From contig JAUFOQ010000001.1 of the NCBI GenBank assembly GCA_040285855.1, positions 3,100,001 through 3,164,000 on the forward strand: a stretch of 64,000 bases of DNA, in the 5' to 3' direction. This DNA is from Eukaryota sp. GEM-RC1 (Eukaryota). Each line of letters opens with the position of its first letter. Positions within the stretch are counted from its first letter, which is position 1. Positions 50,721 to 64,000 of the stretch are shown in pieces. Under the pieces are notes generated by a model that saw nothing but the letters and a program-made list of their open reading frames with translations, ran no database searches and was not told the origin of the DNA. A program made the position numbers and the translations under genes.

Positions 50721-51303
50721 TGAATATACATCTTTAGTCTGAACAAATATCTCAAACAGAAGGAGTTCCTTGACCTTTAATTGTTTTGATGTCTTCACAA
50801 ATGTTACATTGAACACCAACGTTGTTTGCACCATCAATGGTTGTTTAAGACCGAAGCAATCCAACAACAGGACTGGTGTGCTATCTATGCTCCATTCATC
50901 AATAGTCATTGTCTGACCTGAGGGATTAGTATCAGATCTCATCTCTTTCTGACAAGGGACTGGTGGATTATTTTATGCTTTCCTGAAACTCTAGACCACT
51001 CAACATACGTCAATCGTAAGAAGTTGTATTTCTTGAGAGGATTTTGAGCTTTCCTATTTGATTAAGATGCAAGTTGTAGCATATCTCTCTTTCCAATGTC
51101 CACATAAACCATTTGTTTAGAAATAAAATCAGTCTTATCACACGCATTGAAATATTGTACTTTTACTGAAGCTTTACTTGAATCAGGTTTACATTTCATT
51201 CCTGGAATCTTGGACTTTATGCTAATGGTCACAATGACTCTCATTGTCTTCTTCCAAACATCTCTTCATTTTGTAAGTGCTTTATTCGTTACGCAATCAG
51301 AAA

Positions 51304-51593
51304 CAGGCTTCACGAAAGTAGTCCGAAATTCAAAATTACAGAAAATTAAAGTAGTTTCCTTTACTTTAAGCACTACTTTGAAGTTACTTTAAGGCCATTA
51401 AAGTACGCAATGATCTTAATTGAAGTTTCTACAATACAGATTGGGTAATGGTCGCTTTTGTGGACATCTATGATCACCAGACTAACATTTAAGTATCGTT
51501 ACTTTAATCATTTTTGACGTTTCAAGTAAAGTAAAGTAATGTGAAAAAGTAAAGTAAAGTGACTTAAGTACTTTCTTACTTCAGTGAAGCCTG
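51304..51593. mobile_element. MITE (290 bp), hAT-like
   Basis: TIR CAGGCTTCAC...GTGAAGCCTG with internal AAAGT repeats. Flanks atcagaaa / atcatcaa match at 6 of 8 positions. Confidence 0.65.
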
Positions 51594-52317
51594 ATCATCA
51601 ATTTTTACAATTATAGGCTGCTTTATGTTCATTGTGCTCAACTGTTACGGAAGTTATGTTTGTTCTACAGACATTGGCCTCCTGAAAGATTTATATTTTA
51701 CAGCGATCATAATTAATAACATTTATCAACACCTTATTCGATCAAGAAGTTACTAAAGATCGTCCATTTAAATAGCTTTAGATTTTTATTGAATCTACTA
51801 CGGTATCTTAAAGATTCATGTTTGGCATTATTGATTTTCCAACCATTTGACAAAAGACGGATTTTAAGGAGCCCAAAACAAGCTTACCATTACACTAGAG
51901 GTTAAGGGATACTAGAAAAGGGATCATGGTGATATGGTATTCGCATTTTTGATAGTTTCACCGATCGCATTGGTGCACTAAGCCTAGTCGCGAAAGTACG
52001 TCTCAGCTCTGGAAAATGTACGATTTAGTTTGTTCGACCAAAGAAACCAGCACAGACCCGACATGAAGATTACTGGTGAGCAAAAACACGATTATGATGA
52101 TCTCAATTAAGATGTTGTCACGACGTTCGTCTTAACAAGATAGTGTTAAAGCATCAATTGAACATGATCAGTGAACTAATAGTTCTAGTGACTTATAGGA
52201 ACAGGGAGTATGTGCTGGATTATGTTTGATACTACACTGTATTATTGACTCAAGAAGAAATGTGTTGACAGCACGAATTGATCTTAATTTAGACCTATCA
52301 ACTTGATTAATATCTCC

Positions 52318-53661
52318 ATGATACGTCCTCTCTTCAAAAGCGGACTATTGTCCTCTCCAAATACAACACAGCGTCAGAGTACATCAGATGAGCGATCTAC
52401 TGGACGTAAAATCTTGGGACCCATTACACCAACCGATTTTTCCCTTAAACACGGACATAAACACAGTGTACAGTTCTCATTGCTGCCACGAATCTCGGCC
52501 CGTCTACTTCACAAACATAGTATAGAAAACCTCACAGTGATAAGAAACTTATCTCGATCACAATACACCGCTGTTGACCTTGTACGATGCTGTTTGTCCA
52601 GCAAATTGTTGGCTCTGAAATCGTACAACATGATTACCCATAACTGTTTGTATTCAAAGTCACTATTATTGGACAAAATGAACTGCAATGAAGTAGCTAT
52701 TATGAAGAAGGTGGATCACCCAAACGTTGTTCGATTGTTGGATACATTTGAGAACCAAGAAAATTGTAGAAGATATCTTGTCTTGGAATATGTTCCCAAA
52801 GGAGCGTTGATATCAGACTCATCCATTACTTGTAAACCCCTTGGCATCTCTTCCGCCTGGAAATAATTCCGTGATTTAGTCAATGCTCTAGATTATCTGC
52901 ATGAGATGAACATTGTCCATCGTGATATCAAACCAAGCAACCTACTTCTAACAGCTGATGACCACATTAAGCTGTCTGATTTTGGTGTCTCTATTGACAA
53001 GACTTCTAACAATCAAAGTGCTGCTGCATTGACGGGCTCTTCCGCGTTTCTTGCCCCTGAAATTGTGTCTGGTTACGTAGCCAGAGCCTCCACGTCATCA
53101 GATATTTGGGCTGCCGGGGTAACACTCTTTTACATGGTATTTGGACACCTTCCATTCTATGACGAGCAAGTGTTTACACTGTATCGCCGAATCTGTCAGA
53201 AAGAACCAGCTTTCCCACCACTTATTGATCCTCTCCTACAACATGTTCTCCTTTCCATGTTAGACAAGAACCCCAAAACCAGGATCACTGCTGAACAATT
53301 AAAGACCCATCCCTTTGTTATTCACGGTCCTTACAAGTGTTCAGTTACTATTGAAGACCAGGCTGTAGTTGAGCAACGCAGAGCTCTTTTATCTTCACAT
53401 GATTCTGCTCACAAATGTTCCTCCACGTGTATTCATCGCTTGTTGCCGACTGTCTTTAAATCTGAACCAAATTTTTCAAACTCGGATGATAGCAATGACC
53501 TTGACTCTCCCTTAGAAAAGACTTGTTCCGCACATGATCTACCTCTAGGATCCTTGTGGTCTGCTGACTGGATAGATGCCGATACTACAATCATAACTGA
53601 TGATGATGTGGACACATCAGATGATTGCCTGCATTTTGAAGAGTTTGGATCTCATGATTAG
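52318..53661 (+). CDS. Ser/Thr protein kinase, CAMKK/SAK1-like; in-frame TAA at 52864-52866
   Basis: [27 protein letters not shown], then [36 protein letters not shown] and [10 protein letters not shown], all in one frame. The Gly-loop is degenerate (LSRSQYTAV). Confidence 0.85.
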
Positions 53662-54394
53662 AGCTAATGAGAGAGGTTCCTTAGTTCTGAAAGGTACCTT
53701 TCTCTTGTTTGTCTTGGCTCAAGTTTTATTAGGAGAGTGAAGCTGGAAAACAGCTTCTTTATTTAAATATTCTGTCAATAGCTTTTTGATTATTGTAAAT
53801 ACTTTAACGGTTAGTATGTATTCAGATTTCATTTTCCGTCTTGGTGTTCAGTTGAAACCAGGATATAAGTACACTATATGAAAGTTCTCGCATTTCCAGT
53901 TAGACAGCTTGCATCTGACATTTTGTTTAGATTGTACATGTACAGTCTACCCTACCAGTAATGCAAGCCTTTGGGCAGCTCTTTATGGGAGTTTTACCTT
54001 AATAGGAGGTTTTGTTTTTACAGGACAGCAGACGACAGCCTTTTAAGATATAAGAAGGTCTTTTATATCAAGACAATCAACAAGGAACAACTTTAGACCT
54101 CTGTTAAGGAGTTCCTCTTCTTCTTCATGGATCAGTATCTCCTTTTCTTCGTTGAAGCATTCGTCATGATCAAAGACCACATAACGGATGTGATGAAGTT
54201 CTAAAGATCTGGTATTCACAACAAATCACCAAAGTAACGGATCCAGACGCTTGTAACTGTTTAATTGGTTGAAAGTGTTATGAAAAGAAGGTATGTAACG
54301 ATGTGATACGAAAAATTGATTTATGTTTAGTGCAATGGCAAGGGCATGGGAATCGAAAAGGACACGACAAAAAGTGGGCAGTGAAGATTTTACC

Positions 54395-54760
54395 TTAATG
54401 AAAGGGTTTTTGATCATTGACATGTTCGATTAGTGATTGTAGAGCATGAAGTAAGTTTCTTCGAGGGGAAGTGTCGGAACCAATCAAAATCTTTGAGAAA
54501 AATGATAATGGTACGAAATTCTTGTGTTCCCATTTATTAGATTGTGAATGTTCTTCTTGTAGAATCACATCACCGACAGCATTATTGCTTGTATCGGTGA
54601 CGATAACAATGTTCTTTGTTGAATCGGGAAGGTTCAACGGAAGTGCTCTTGCAGGCGCAGATTTCAATTCATTGAATGCAATGGAACAATTTTCATCAAA
54701 TCGATAGGAACGAGTAAGTGTCACAATACATGCAGCTGTATATCTGCCCCAATCAAACAC
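54395..54760 (-). mobile_element. Ty3/Gypsy RT-connection/RNase H remnant
   Basis: AFNELK..LNLPDSTKNIVIVTDTSNNAVGDVILQ..PLSFFSK. Confidence 0.8.
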
Positions 54761-55548
54761 ATCATCTTGCTCGTAAAAAATATCAATCAGATAAATCGCC
54801 AATCCAATCGTTCACACATCTGGTCATACATGTCTATCTTCTGTTTAAGTCTTTAAATTAGAATAAAGTTCGGAATAATTTTTTTTGGAAAACATGATTT
54901 TATTATGAATGAAATGCATCAAACAACTAAAACTTGATATCATTAAAACAACACCCGTTGCTGTCGAACCATACAACAGTTTTATCCTCATAAAAGGAAC
55001 TCACTGCTAATAATGCTTTAATATATGCTTTAGTTCGTAATATTGCAACATCGGCAAATTCTTATCAAAACTATTGATAACTGACTTCTTTCGTCGATCA
55101 ACAACGGTTGAGCCATTTTTCAAAAGGAAAATTGTTTAGAGAAAAGAATAGCGTTGAGGAAGTACAATGGGTCGCTGACTCGTTGTTGATTTATCTTATC
55201 ATAATGCAGAAGTCATACTTAAATACATCGAAAACGTCTCGTAATCGAATGAGCCTGTTAATTTACCAAAAACAGGAACTAAAAGAAGGGTTCAGCAAGC
55301 ATCTACTAAACAAGCACGCAAGACAGTGCTTCAATGGATGAAAAATTGGGCACTGGAACAAAACCCTGATAAAGGCTTGATGGCTGCAGCAACCTGATCA
55401 CTTCAGCATATTGAACAGTCAAGAAGGGTTTTATGTCTTCAGCAAAGTTTTCAGAGTATTTTGAGGAACGAAGAGTGAACAAACGACTTGCTAACAACCA
55501 GCAAATATTTTTCGTGACACCGTCCCCAGTCACAAACTGACTCCAAGC

Positions 55549-55950
55549 GTGAACAATGCATTGTGCCGCTTGAATGATGTTGTAAGCTTCCTTCCGCCAA
55601 ATGCAACCTACCTTGTACAGCCATGTGATACTTTTATCATTGTTGTGATTAAAAGAGCATGGTTTCATGCATGTCATAGGAAAAAACACAAAATGACAAC
55701 TTTTTCTTCAACTCGGGGATTTCAGCAACTCTGGCAAGCTTCCAAATCCAGGTAAAAAGTATTTCTTACAATAAGCAAAAGAAGTTATCCAAGATATCAA
55801 TCGAAAGAGAATAGAGAACGGAGATTCATTCGCTAGAGCGGCCATGGTGAGATTTGGATTAGGATTTGGATGACAAGGTACAGGTACAATGGAATATCAA
55901 GCATTTGAGACCCGAACTTCAAACTATCGTGGCAAGATACATGACTAACT
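55549..55950 (+). mobile_element. pogo/Tigger (DDE_1) transposase remnant
   Basis: VSFLPPNATYLVQPCDTFII..IKRAW matches the FLPPNxTxxxQPxD motif. Confidence 0.75.
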
Positions 55951-58900
55951 TCGATGGCGAAAGACCATGATCATCCTTTCAAGCTCCTGAGGATGAATCA
56001 GAAGAAGAACATGAAGAGGAAGAAATGGTCCATGTTTCAGAAGAGATCATTGATTTAATGAGCAACAATGATGATTGCTATGCATTAGAGTAGTTTTATT
56101 GATAAAGCTATGTTAACAAGACAGCTACTCATCCAATCCGAGGACAGATTTTGGAGGACATAAGTAGTCTCAGGAGACTAATTACCGCTGCCAGTGTAAG
56201 TGACACATCCATTAATTTGGAGCGGATGACGTTCAAAAGAGCTTGAATATCCCCAGGTACAGCTTGTCAACTGTCAATGATGTTTTTTAACACCAATTGT
56301 CTGAAATTCCGACATTAAATACTGACGACACCATGACACTACACATGGTACAACTACTAAATTTGGGAAATTATGTGGACTACTAGTAATCTTTCGGTCC
56401 AATGCGGTTCTTTTCTTCTACTTCACACTGAGGAACAATGTTCTTATGAATGGTCTCATCATTTCAAAAGATGTTTCAGAAGCTGTTACAGATTGTATCA
56501 ATAATCATTTCCGGTGTATATTACTACGACTTCGCCAAAACAAATCGATATACAGACTCATTATGATTAGTTAGAAGGATAACAAAGTGTTACAATCAGT
56601 ACATTTGGAGGTCTTACGTGTTGAGAATCATCCTCAGAAAGGGAATCTGAGGGGATTTAAACTCTCCATCTCACATGTACTTAGATGGAAGAATAACACT
56701 GAGAGTTCAGAGAGTTATAATAACATTAAAATGACCTGGCTATCTCCTCTTTTGGTTACTCTTAAAGAATATGGTAAGTCAATTGAACGTGCGCTTCAAC
56801 GATCAGACACCAGAGATCACAGTCTAACTCTTTCACACGTGGCTGCTGCTGGTGGTTACACTTTCAATTACTGGCCTGGGAAATCTAGACCAAGTGGCTG
56901 TGGTCAATTCTACTCCTAAAGAAGCAACTGTTGTTGAGCTAGATGATGACGTGGATTCGGAGTCTCCTTTTTCACAAGATCATCATATAATTAAACATTT
57001 CAGAGGTAAAGGTGGAAAAAGCTCGTTTCTTTACCGTTTCTGGTCCTGGTGGAATTAACACTCTCCATTTTGACTCAATATTTGAGGAAACTTCTCTGCA
57101 TTTAGATCAATTGGTTATGTTGGCCCTTTTTCTCTTCCCTTGTAATAATAGGCATCAATACGTATTGTGTCCTGTACTTATCGTTAACATTTCTGCATGT
57201 CTAACACGCAACCTAATACTTTCAGCAATTCCGTCACTGCACAGCTGCGTCATGTTGACCCGCAACCATCCTCCCTTGTTTCCAACTGTGCAATTTTAAC
57301 TTGTTCCCGACGCCGTCGCTGAATTCATTCAGGACGTTCTACACTACTGAGAACAAGAACCTCAAAAGATGGAGATTTGAGTTGTAACAACAATTTGGCG
57401 TTCCTGATTCGGCTATAACAAGAGTTGTCGACGGTAATCTCAGACTTCAGAAACAAATTTAATTTACACTATCCAAATTTGTATGGTACTTGTTAATGTA
57501 ACAAACAGACGATGACGAAACGTACTTTCACCATTTTTGTTCTTTTCAATGGAAAAGGATTGAGAAAGATGTGTAAAACAGGTGTGCTGCAAGTTCTTTT
57601 GGTTAATGCATTCATGATATCCCTTCAATACCCGCCAATGTTCTGAGCACAACAACAAACAGAGGATGGGAAACGGAGCACGTCATCAAAGTCAAAGATC
57701 CAAAAGAAGAAGAGAAAAGGTGAACAGACGTACAATAGACTTTTTGTCATGTTATTGGCTTGGTATCAGCTTCAAGAGGAATATCAGAATAGCAAGGATT
57801 GTCCTTAGGATGTTAAAACTTAGAGAGTTTGAGAGATGATTGAAGAGTTTCACAATCAGGGGTAGTGCAAAGGAAGACGTAGATCGTTAAGTGAAGAGAT
57901 TCACCCTGATCTAAAGGAGTGTGAAGTGGGAAGAGAAATGAGGGAGGAAAAGAACATGTGTCGTAATGCTAATTCTAAGAGATTACAAGGTAGAAACCAT
58001 ACAGTCTTTCCGCCCCCTTTGAGGGCAAATGTTAAAGAAGAATCTTTCTGCAAGATTTGTAGTTACCGAGTTTAAGTTACCTTCGCATTCGGACTCAGTG
58101 CGTAGTGAGTTACCACATTCACTTTGTGTTAACGGTCTTTAGTCGATATTTGAATACACTACTTGAGCATTATGATTGAATACAGAAGTCTACAATGTAG
58201 AAATCATTTTGAAGCTGCGTTGATGTAACCTGCTTCAGACTAAAATAAAAGGCAAACTTGTGGCAAACTTGTAAATCATTGCTGAACAGATTGGGACTGA
58301 AATAATTCAAACTTATAACCATTGTTGTTATTACAATAAAAGTTGTACATAAAGCAGGTATTTTGTAACGATATTTCCATTGACGAGGTGTTTCGCTTTT
58401 AATTTTGAAAGAGTGACTAATACTGTCATAGAAATCACTGACAGTGAGTTCAGACGAAGAGTTTGTCTATCTATTATCACTCATTGAGTCTATTGCAACA
58501 TTAAAATCGAGAAGACATGATTCTTGAGAAAATTATGTATTTGCTGTACCAATGTACACACTATAAAACTACAATTACCAAAATAGTATTTAACTTTTTG
58601 TATTGCACTGAAATTGCACTCAGTGCTAAAAACAAAGTCGCACTTGGTAACTTATGTTTTTGGTTTCTTCTAAGGCTATCAAGAGATATCGGTCACAGTT
58701 CAGGTCAACGTCTTGAACCTGTCTTGATCTGATTTTTGACATGTTGCTTGATGTTTTGTCATTTTTCCTAAACGGCCATAAATTGAAACATCAAAATGGC
58801 ATAATTCTTATTCAAAACGTTTTACATTTTTTAGAGCCATCAATGATTTCTTGTAATTATCATGTTTGGTTTGTTCAGAAATGTCTAAAGGAGAAGTTTC

Positions 58901-59820
58901 AGAGTAAGGATTCTTTAAAGATGTCGTATTCACGACCATCCACTGACACTGCATCAACAACAAGCAATTTAACTGCAGAAGAAGGGAATCATCATCTGCT
59001 ATCCATTTACCGAATAATTGGTTCTGTTTGTCGTCATTTCAATTATTATTTGGTTATAAAGACTTTAGAAATGGTTCAACAAGTGATTAAATTTTGTAAG
59101 ACTTACACCTAACATGTATTTGGTCTCTTACAGCTTCATGCATACACGTTCGATAAGTTATGTAGCGGTGTACAACTTAACAAATGAGAAAACGCATCTA
59201 TCGTTGTCCACATCTACATTGAAGATCATTTGGCCGGTTGTAATGCCATAAATACTAGCGAAGTCGCATTGTACATGCGCACAATATACATACAACAAAA
59301 TATTTTATTGGACAATGTATTTATTGTTACATATATAATAAAGAATCAGCTTAAAAAATGTATCTATTGTTCGTTCCGCTAAATTAATTCACTTTTTATG
59401 GTTGCTGTACCAAACTCTCAATTTGTGACAAAGTCAATTCATGTCTGGCATCAGTAGATCCCATTCTGACTACTAGTCATTGAAGGACCTGAGAGTACCA
59501 ATGAATTAGAATCCTGGGTGGAAACACTTCTTCCTAAGGATGGGTTCTCTTCCTTGTCTAGTTTATTCTCGGCAAACAATCAGATAAACGTTTCTGATTT
59601 GCGGCCTTTTCTTTAAGAATGGCTTCCTCCACCAGGCTTGGGATCTCCAATCCAATCTTCTTCTCATTGTTAATGAAGTGGAAACAAAAAAATTTCTATA
59701 GCTCAGCATTTTTCGTATTTTTGTAAAACCAAGGAACTTGCGTCATCTAAACGAACGAACATTCTCGAGGAAGTAGTTATTTCCGAGAGCGATAAGGAAA
59801 ATACTAACACTGTCTTCCCC

Positions 59821-59935
59821 ATGAAGGATATGATTGACACCATAGGCAAAGACTTTGCGATGGATGTTGCAACCAATGGTTTACCTCAGGTAGTTGATGA
59901 TCCCTATTTTAGAAAAGCGTTGGAAAGCCACGGCG
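59821..59935 (+). mobile_element. hAT transposase N-terminal remnant
   Basis: FAMDVATNGLPQVVDDPYFRKAL resembles the Hermes DNA-binding-domain pattern. Confidence 0.4.
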
Positions 59936-60443
59936 CAAAAGTATTTTTGTATTTTTAAAACACGTGTTGCTTGTATTTGACAGCTATGGTTTTTTCACGA
60001 CAAACAATCAGTTGTGCGTTTCTGATTTGCGACCTTTTCTAGAACATTTCTTCAACACTGTCAATCAACAACAAAGTTCTCCTGCTCTGATTCAACATTG
60101 CATCATTCAAGTCGCTACAATACTCCTGAAATCGCACACGGGATATGTATCTCTTGGTACTCAAATGTGAAACGTACCATAAATTCAGTTACGTTTATTC
60201 AAAAATTTCTGTGCAACACACTTCTTTAAATGGACTTTAACGATATATGTGGAAACACCAAAACAGATATCACAGTATCTCCTCAAGACCGTACTTTCGC
60301 ATGTGGCTTTGCTCTTATGATTGGACATTCTTCTCCAAATTACACATATCAGTTCAAAATCTCTCTCCAAAATTTGACCGGGTTCCTGTATTTCTTCGGT
60401 ATATAAATACACTTTGAATACGGATTATGGTGAGAAGTTTCTT

Positions 60444-60555
60444 GGCTGTCATCTTGAGAACACATTAAACCTTGGACAACGAGCTTCTTCAAAAGTTGAG
60501 TCACTTCACAGTGTCTTAAAGACGTAACTAACGCTGTCTACTGGTAATCTAGCTG
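60444..60555 (+). mobile_element. MULE transposase remnant
   Basis: LNLGQRASSKVESLHSVLKT*LTLSTGNL matches the MULE G.rTTsrvEs.H..lK motif. Confidence 0.6.
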
Positions 60556-62440
60556 ATAACGCAGTCAAAATGGTCTTGATGTGGAAACAACATACTCTCT
60601 GAGGATCGACTTTACGCTGCTCAGAGATTTGGATATTCAACTAGTTCTATTCATCAATCTAGCGTCGTTTGTTGAACATATTATCCACCAAATTGCGATT
60701 TTTGTTGTTTTTCTCAATACAAAAGACGTTGATCGATTATTCACCCAATCATCCCTTAAAATACGAAAATTAATTTATGGTACGTTTCGTATATATGATG
60801 TACGCAAGGATAAACAAAATCAATTTCTGGTGTGTTTTATGGTGCGTTTAATTAGTGTCGAAATTAAATACACTAGTGATTGACGGACAAGAACTTAAAA
60901 TAGCTCTCATTATCTAGTTTTGTATGATAACTTGTCACTTTGAAATTTATACAATGATCAAATTTTCTTTGACCATTATTTCAAAATTTTACAACAAAAA
61001 CGTATCTACTCGACACTACTCAATTGGACAAGAAAAGAAGCCGAAATTAAAGCGAAAATCAACATAGACCGTTCAGAATTATTTAAATTAGTTCAATTAG
61101 TACCACAGTGATATTTAATTAAAACAATCAATTAGTGAACTTGGCAGTGATAACCAAACCGATACACTCAAATAGAGGTAGTCTTGGGCGGTAGTTTTCA
61201 TTGTAAGTTAAAGAAACAAGGCTAATCCAGCTCTCAATGTATCAGAAGTTTCAGTGTTTCAGGAGAGTAAGAGAATAGAAGGACAAACAGTAGGAGGAAG
61301 CAAGAAATGTGAAGGCCAAGTTGATTATCCATATGAATCCTTGAAGCTGGGAGAAAAGAGGAAAACTGGTGCTCGAGATAGAAGAATTGTCATTGAAGGA
61401 AATTGAGATGGAGATTAGGATCGTAAACGGCGCGAAACTACAAGTGACATGATCGGCTACACAGATTGAGACATCGTCTCAAAGAATGTTTCAAGGAAGA
61501 AATCTGCGAAGGATAGAGTAAACTGTCCGTTAAAATAGGAACATCCATCTTTCAGCTATGCTGTTGCTATTATACATATGTATCTCTGTTTTCCATTGTC
61601 TTAAAAGTCCCAACGTAGCTTAATCTTCCTCTTTGGCTTCAAAATCTTCTCATTTTTCTCATCTCTAACCTCGTATCTCTTCCAATCCCATCCCTTCATC
61701 TGTTCCATACCGGACTTTAACTACATCTCTAGTAGAGAGAGTACTTAGGATGTATTAACTGCATCTATCTCAACGACAATATCTCAATGACACTTCATCT
61801 TTCTCGAATACCTCATCTCTCTCTTTCAAGATCTTTCAAACCCCACCATTCGTCAATAGAAGTATAGTTTTTGACTAATATCTACTAAAGACAAAATTTT
61901 CAGAACTATACCAGAACCAACTGAGAATTCTTTGATGACGTGATGGATGATGATGACATAGAGAACACACGGTTGTTGTTGTATATCTTATTCTCTGATA
62001 TCTCTGTCCCACAATAACTTATAGTGGTTAGTTCAATGCAGTTTAACTCATTAAATGATGACGTCATCATGTTATCAGAATGAGTGAATGTTTGATTTAA
62101 AGTGTTGTTTATGGGAAATATCTAACTGTTTTGGCCGTAATCGTATATATAATTCATGTTTATCAATTGATCTCACGTCAATTAAAATAGTGAAAGTAAA
62201 TTTCATTATGGATTTTTCAATTATTTCCAAATTTCAAAAAATCTTTAACTTTTATTAGAAAACAATTTCTTTAACATTGATATTGTTTCGTATTGCTTCA
62301 GTTTAGTAATGTAAGTCGCTTTTCAAGTGATTAAAAACAGCATTTGTTGTTCAAAGATCTGGTTTAAGTGTCTTCGAACCTGAATGATGACGTGTCAAGA
62401 CCGACACTGAAACAGGATGTTGTAGGAATGCTTGAGTTAG

Positions 62441-62827
62441 TTAGTTTTTGTAAGATTTTGTAGGCGGATTCCTAAGATCGATCTTGGTGCCAAATACCAT
62501 CTCGAAGGGTGTGTAACCAGTTCTTCGCCATTTGGTGCAATTAATCAGCAATTGTGTCATAGGAAGGTATCCGGACCAATTGTCGTAATCATTAAAGTCT
62601 GCGAGGAGCTTCCTTAGAGTGTATAGGACGTCAGGATTCCTACGTTCAGCCACACCATTGCTTTGGTGGTAGTGAGGGATAGCGGTGGATACATAGATGT
62701 TTAGAAAGTCACATAGATCTTCGAAGATGTGATTGGCATATTCTGGTCCATTGTCGCTGTGGACTGAAGCAGGGATGCCAAAGATAGCGCAAACTGCCAT
62801 AGACTCTGTAATGATGTCTGTTTTCAT
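62441..62827 (-). mobile_element. LTR retrotransposon integrase core remnant
   Basis: FGIPASVHSDNGPEY..HYHQSNGVAERRN..W..TGYTPFEMVFG. Confidence 0.9.
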
Positions 62828-62829
62828 GG

Positions 62830-63074
62830 AATTGTGTAATTAACATTCCATCTAAAGTTTGATTTTTTAGACCTCTTTTACCGCACAAGTTCTTCTTTGA
62901 ATCACTGAGTAGTTCTTGAATATCTAACAGGTGCGTTCGCCATTTTCGCACATTGCTTCGAGCTACATTGAATTGTTTAGCAGCTCTTGAATTGTTATTG
63001 TACGACTGATCATATTTTGCCACAATGAGCTTGAACTTGAGATCATATGGAGCTTGGTATCTCTGTGTTGTCAC
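62830..63074 (-). mobile_element. pogo-type transposase N-terminus (Brinker-like HTH)
   Basis: YDLKFKLIVAKY..NNSRAAKQFNVARSNVRKWR. Confidence 0.75.
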
Positions 63075-63299
63075 ACTAACACTACTTGTATGATGTTTTC
63101 ACCCATTTAGAAAAAACATTGAAAACAAATATATAATTAAGTGTATTCGTACGATCAGTCTATGTGTCTTCTCTTTAATGCAGGAGTCTGATCTTGAAAC
63201 GGCTGGAGAATGAGTTATCTTTTGTGTGACAACACGCCAAGCAAAAGAAGTCACCTTTTGACCCTTAAACATTGCAACAAGAACTATCTGCCATCGTGG

Positions 63300-63575
63300 A
63301 TCTTCTGTAGAGGTTTCTCTGAAAGAATATTCACCAGGCGCTTTTCTGGAAAGATGAGCAGAAGCAGTCATAGTAGAAGAAGATTTTGTTAACTTGAAAA
63401 CAATTTATTCACAAACACTACCAGTCTCGTCATCAGTACTTTTAGTACTATATTATAACCATCTTTTGAAGACATCTTGAACCAAGTACGTTGAAGTTCA
63501 AAATTTAAATTGACCAATTTGTGAAGAAATCACAAACAAATGCAATAAAAAAAATTCACAAAAATGACATTACAT
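63300..63575 (-). mobile_element. hAT 5' end with a BED-finger-like remnant
   Basis: GSVCE*..KSSSTMTASAHLSRKAPGEY. The terminus taatgtcatttttgtgaatt resembles cagtgttattaattttgtgaa at 15358. Confidence 0.35.
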
Positions 63576-64000
63576 GAATTGTGATTTACAAGTATGGTCC
63601 AAACGAGGACAATTGCCCCCGTAGCTAACATTATAAATGATGTAATTAGAGGAGTGTGATCGAGTTAATAATTGATGTAGGAATGAAATCTTTTACGGTT
63701 GGTGTGTACAAGATATCATCTTTGGGAAGTGATAAGGGAATTGCATTACTTCTGTTACTTAGTTTCTGAGTTTTATTCGGTAACATATAGTTTCAGTTTA
63801 TACTTTTAATATTGATACATATAAATATATATTAGATCCGTCAAGGATTATGGAGGACCTCCTATGGTACATGAAAGACCGGAAGCTAAAAGACGTTTCA
63901 TTAAGTACACAATATGGGAGCGATTAAAGTGTCCCTCCTTGAGAAAGTGGAAAAGATAACATGTAGAATCAAACGCCACAATGAGTGAAAACGGCGTAAA

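Noticed and set aside
52864..52866. Genome-wide TAA/TAG reassignment as in hexamitids
   Set aside because: The cyclin (TAA) and CCCH (TAG) paralogues end at these codons, and the long ORFs lack internal TAR codons.

Overview
AT-rich eukaryotic DNA that is almost intron-free. It is probably from a protist; the gene style and a 33-nt GTATGA...CACAG intron suggest a metamonad-like lineage (inference). Recognisable genes: an Arc1p-like tRNA-binding protein, mevalonate kinase, a CAMKK-like kinase with an in-frame TAA, a type II surface protein with five beta-sandwich repeats, and a large protein with two degenerate 3'-5' exonuclease-like segments. Two families are locally amplified. (1) A Pho80/cyclin-U gene plus a tristetraprolin-like CCCH gene form a cassette present three times, and all six genes carry the same GTCATGTCACT/TGTCA upstream module. 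(2) BTB-helical-SPRY-like genes include a chimeric copy made by a ~6.5-kb tandem duplication and show clustered variation in the SPRY-like domain. Intergenic DNA is largely decayed transposons (hAT, MULE, pogo, Harbinger, Ty3/Gypsy, RLE non-LTR) plus several MITE-like elements with TIRs and TSDs. Six of seven frameshifts scored in otherwise intact genes need a +1 shift, which is either a sequencing artefact or recoding. I found no tRNA, rRNA or CRISPR array.
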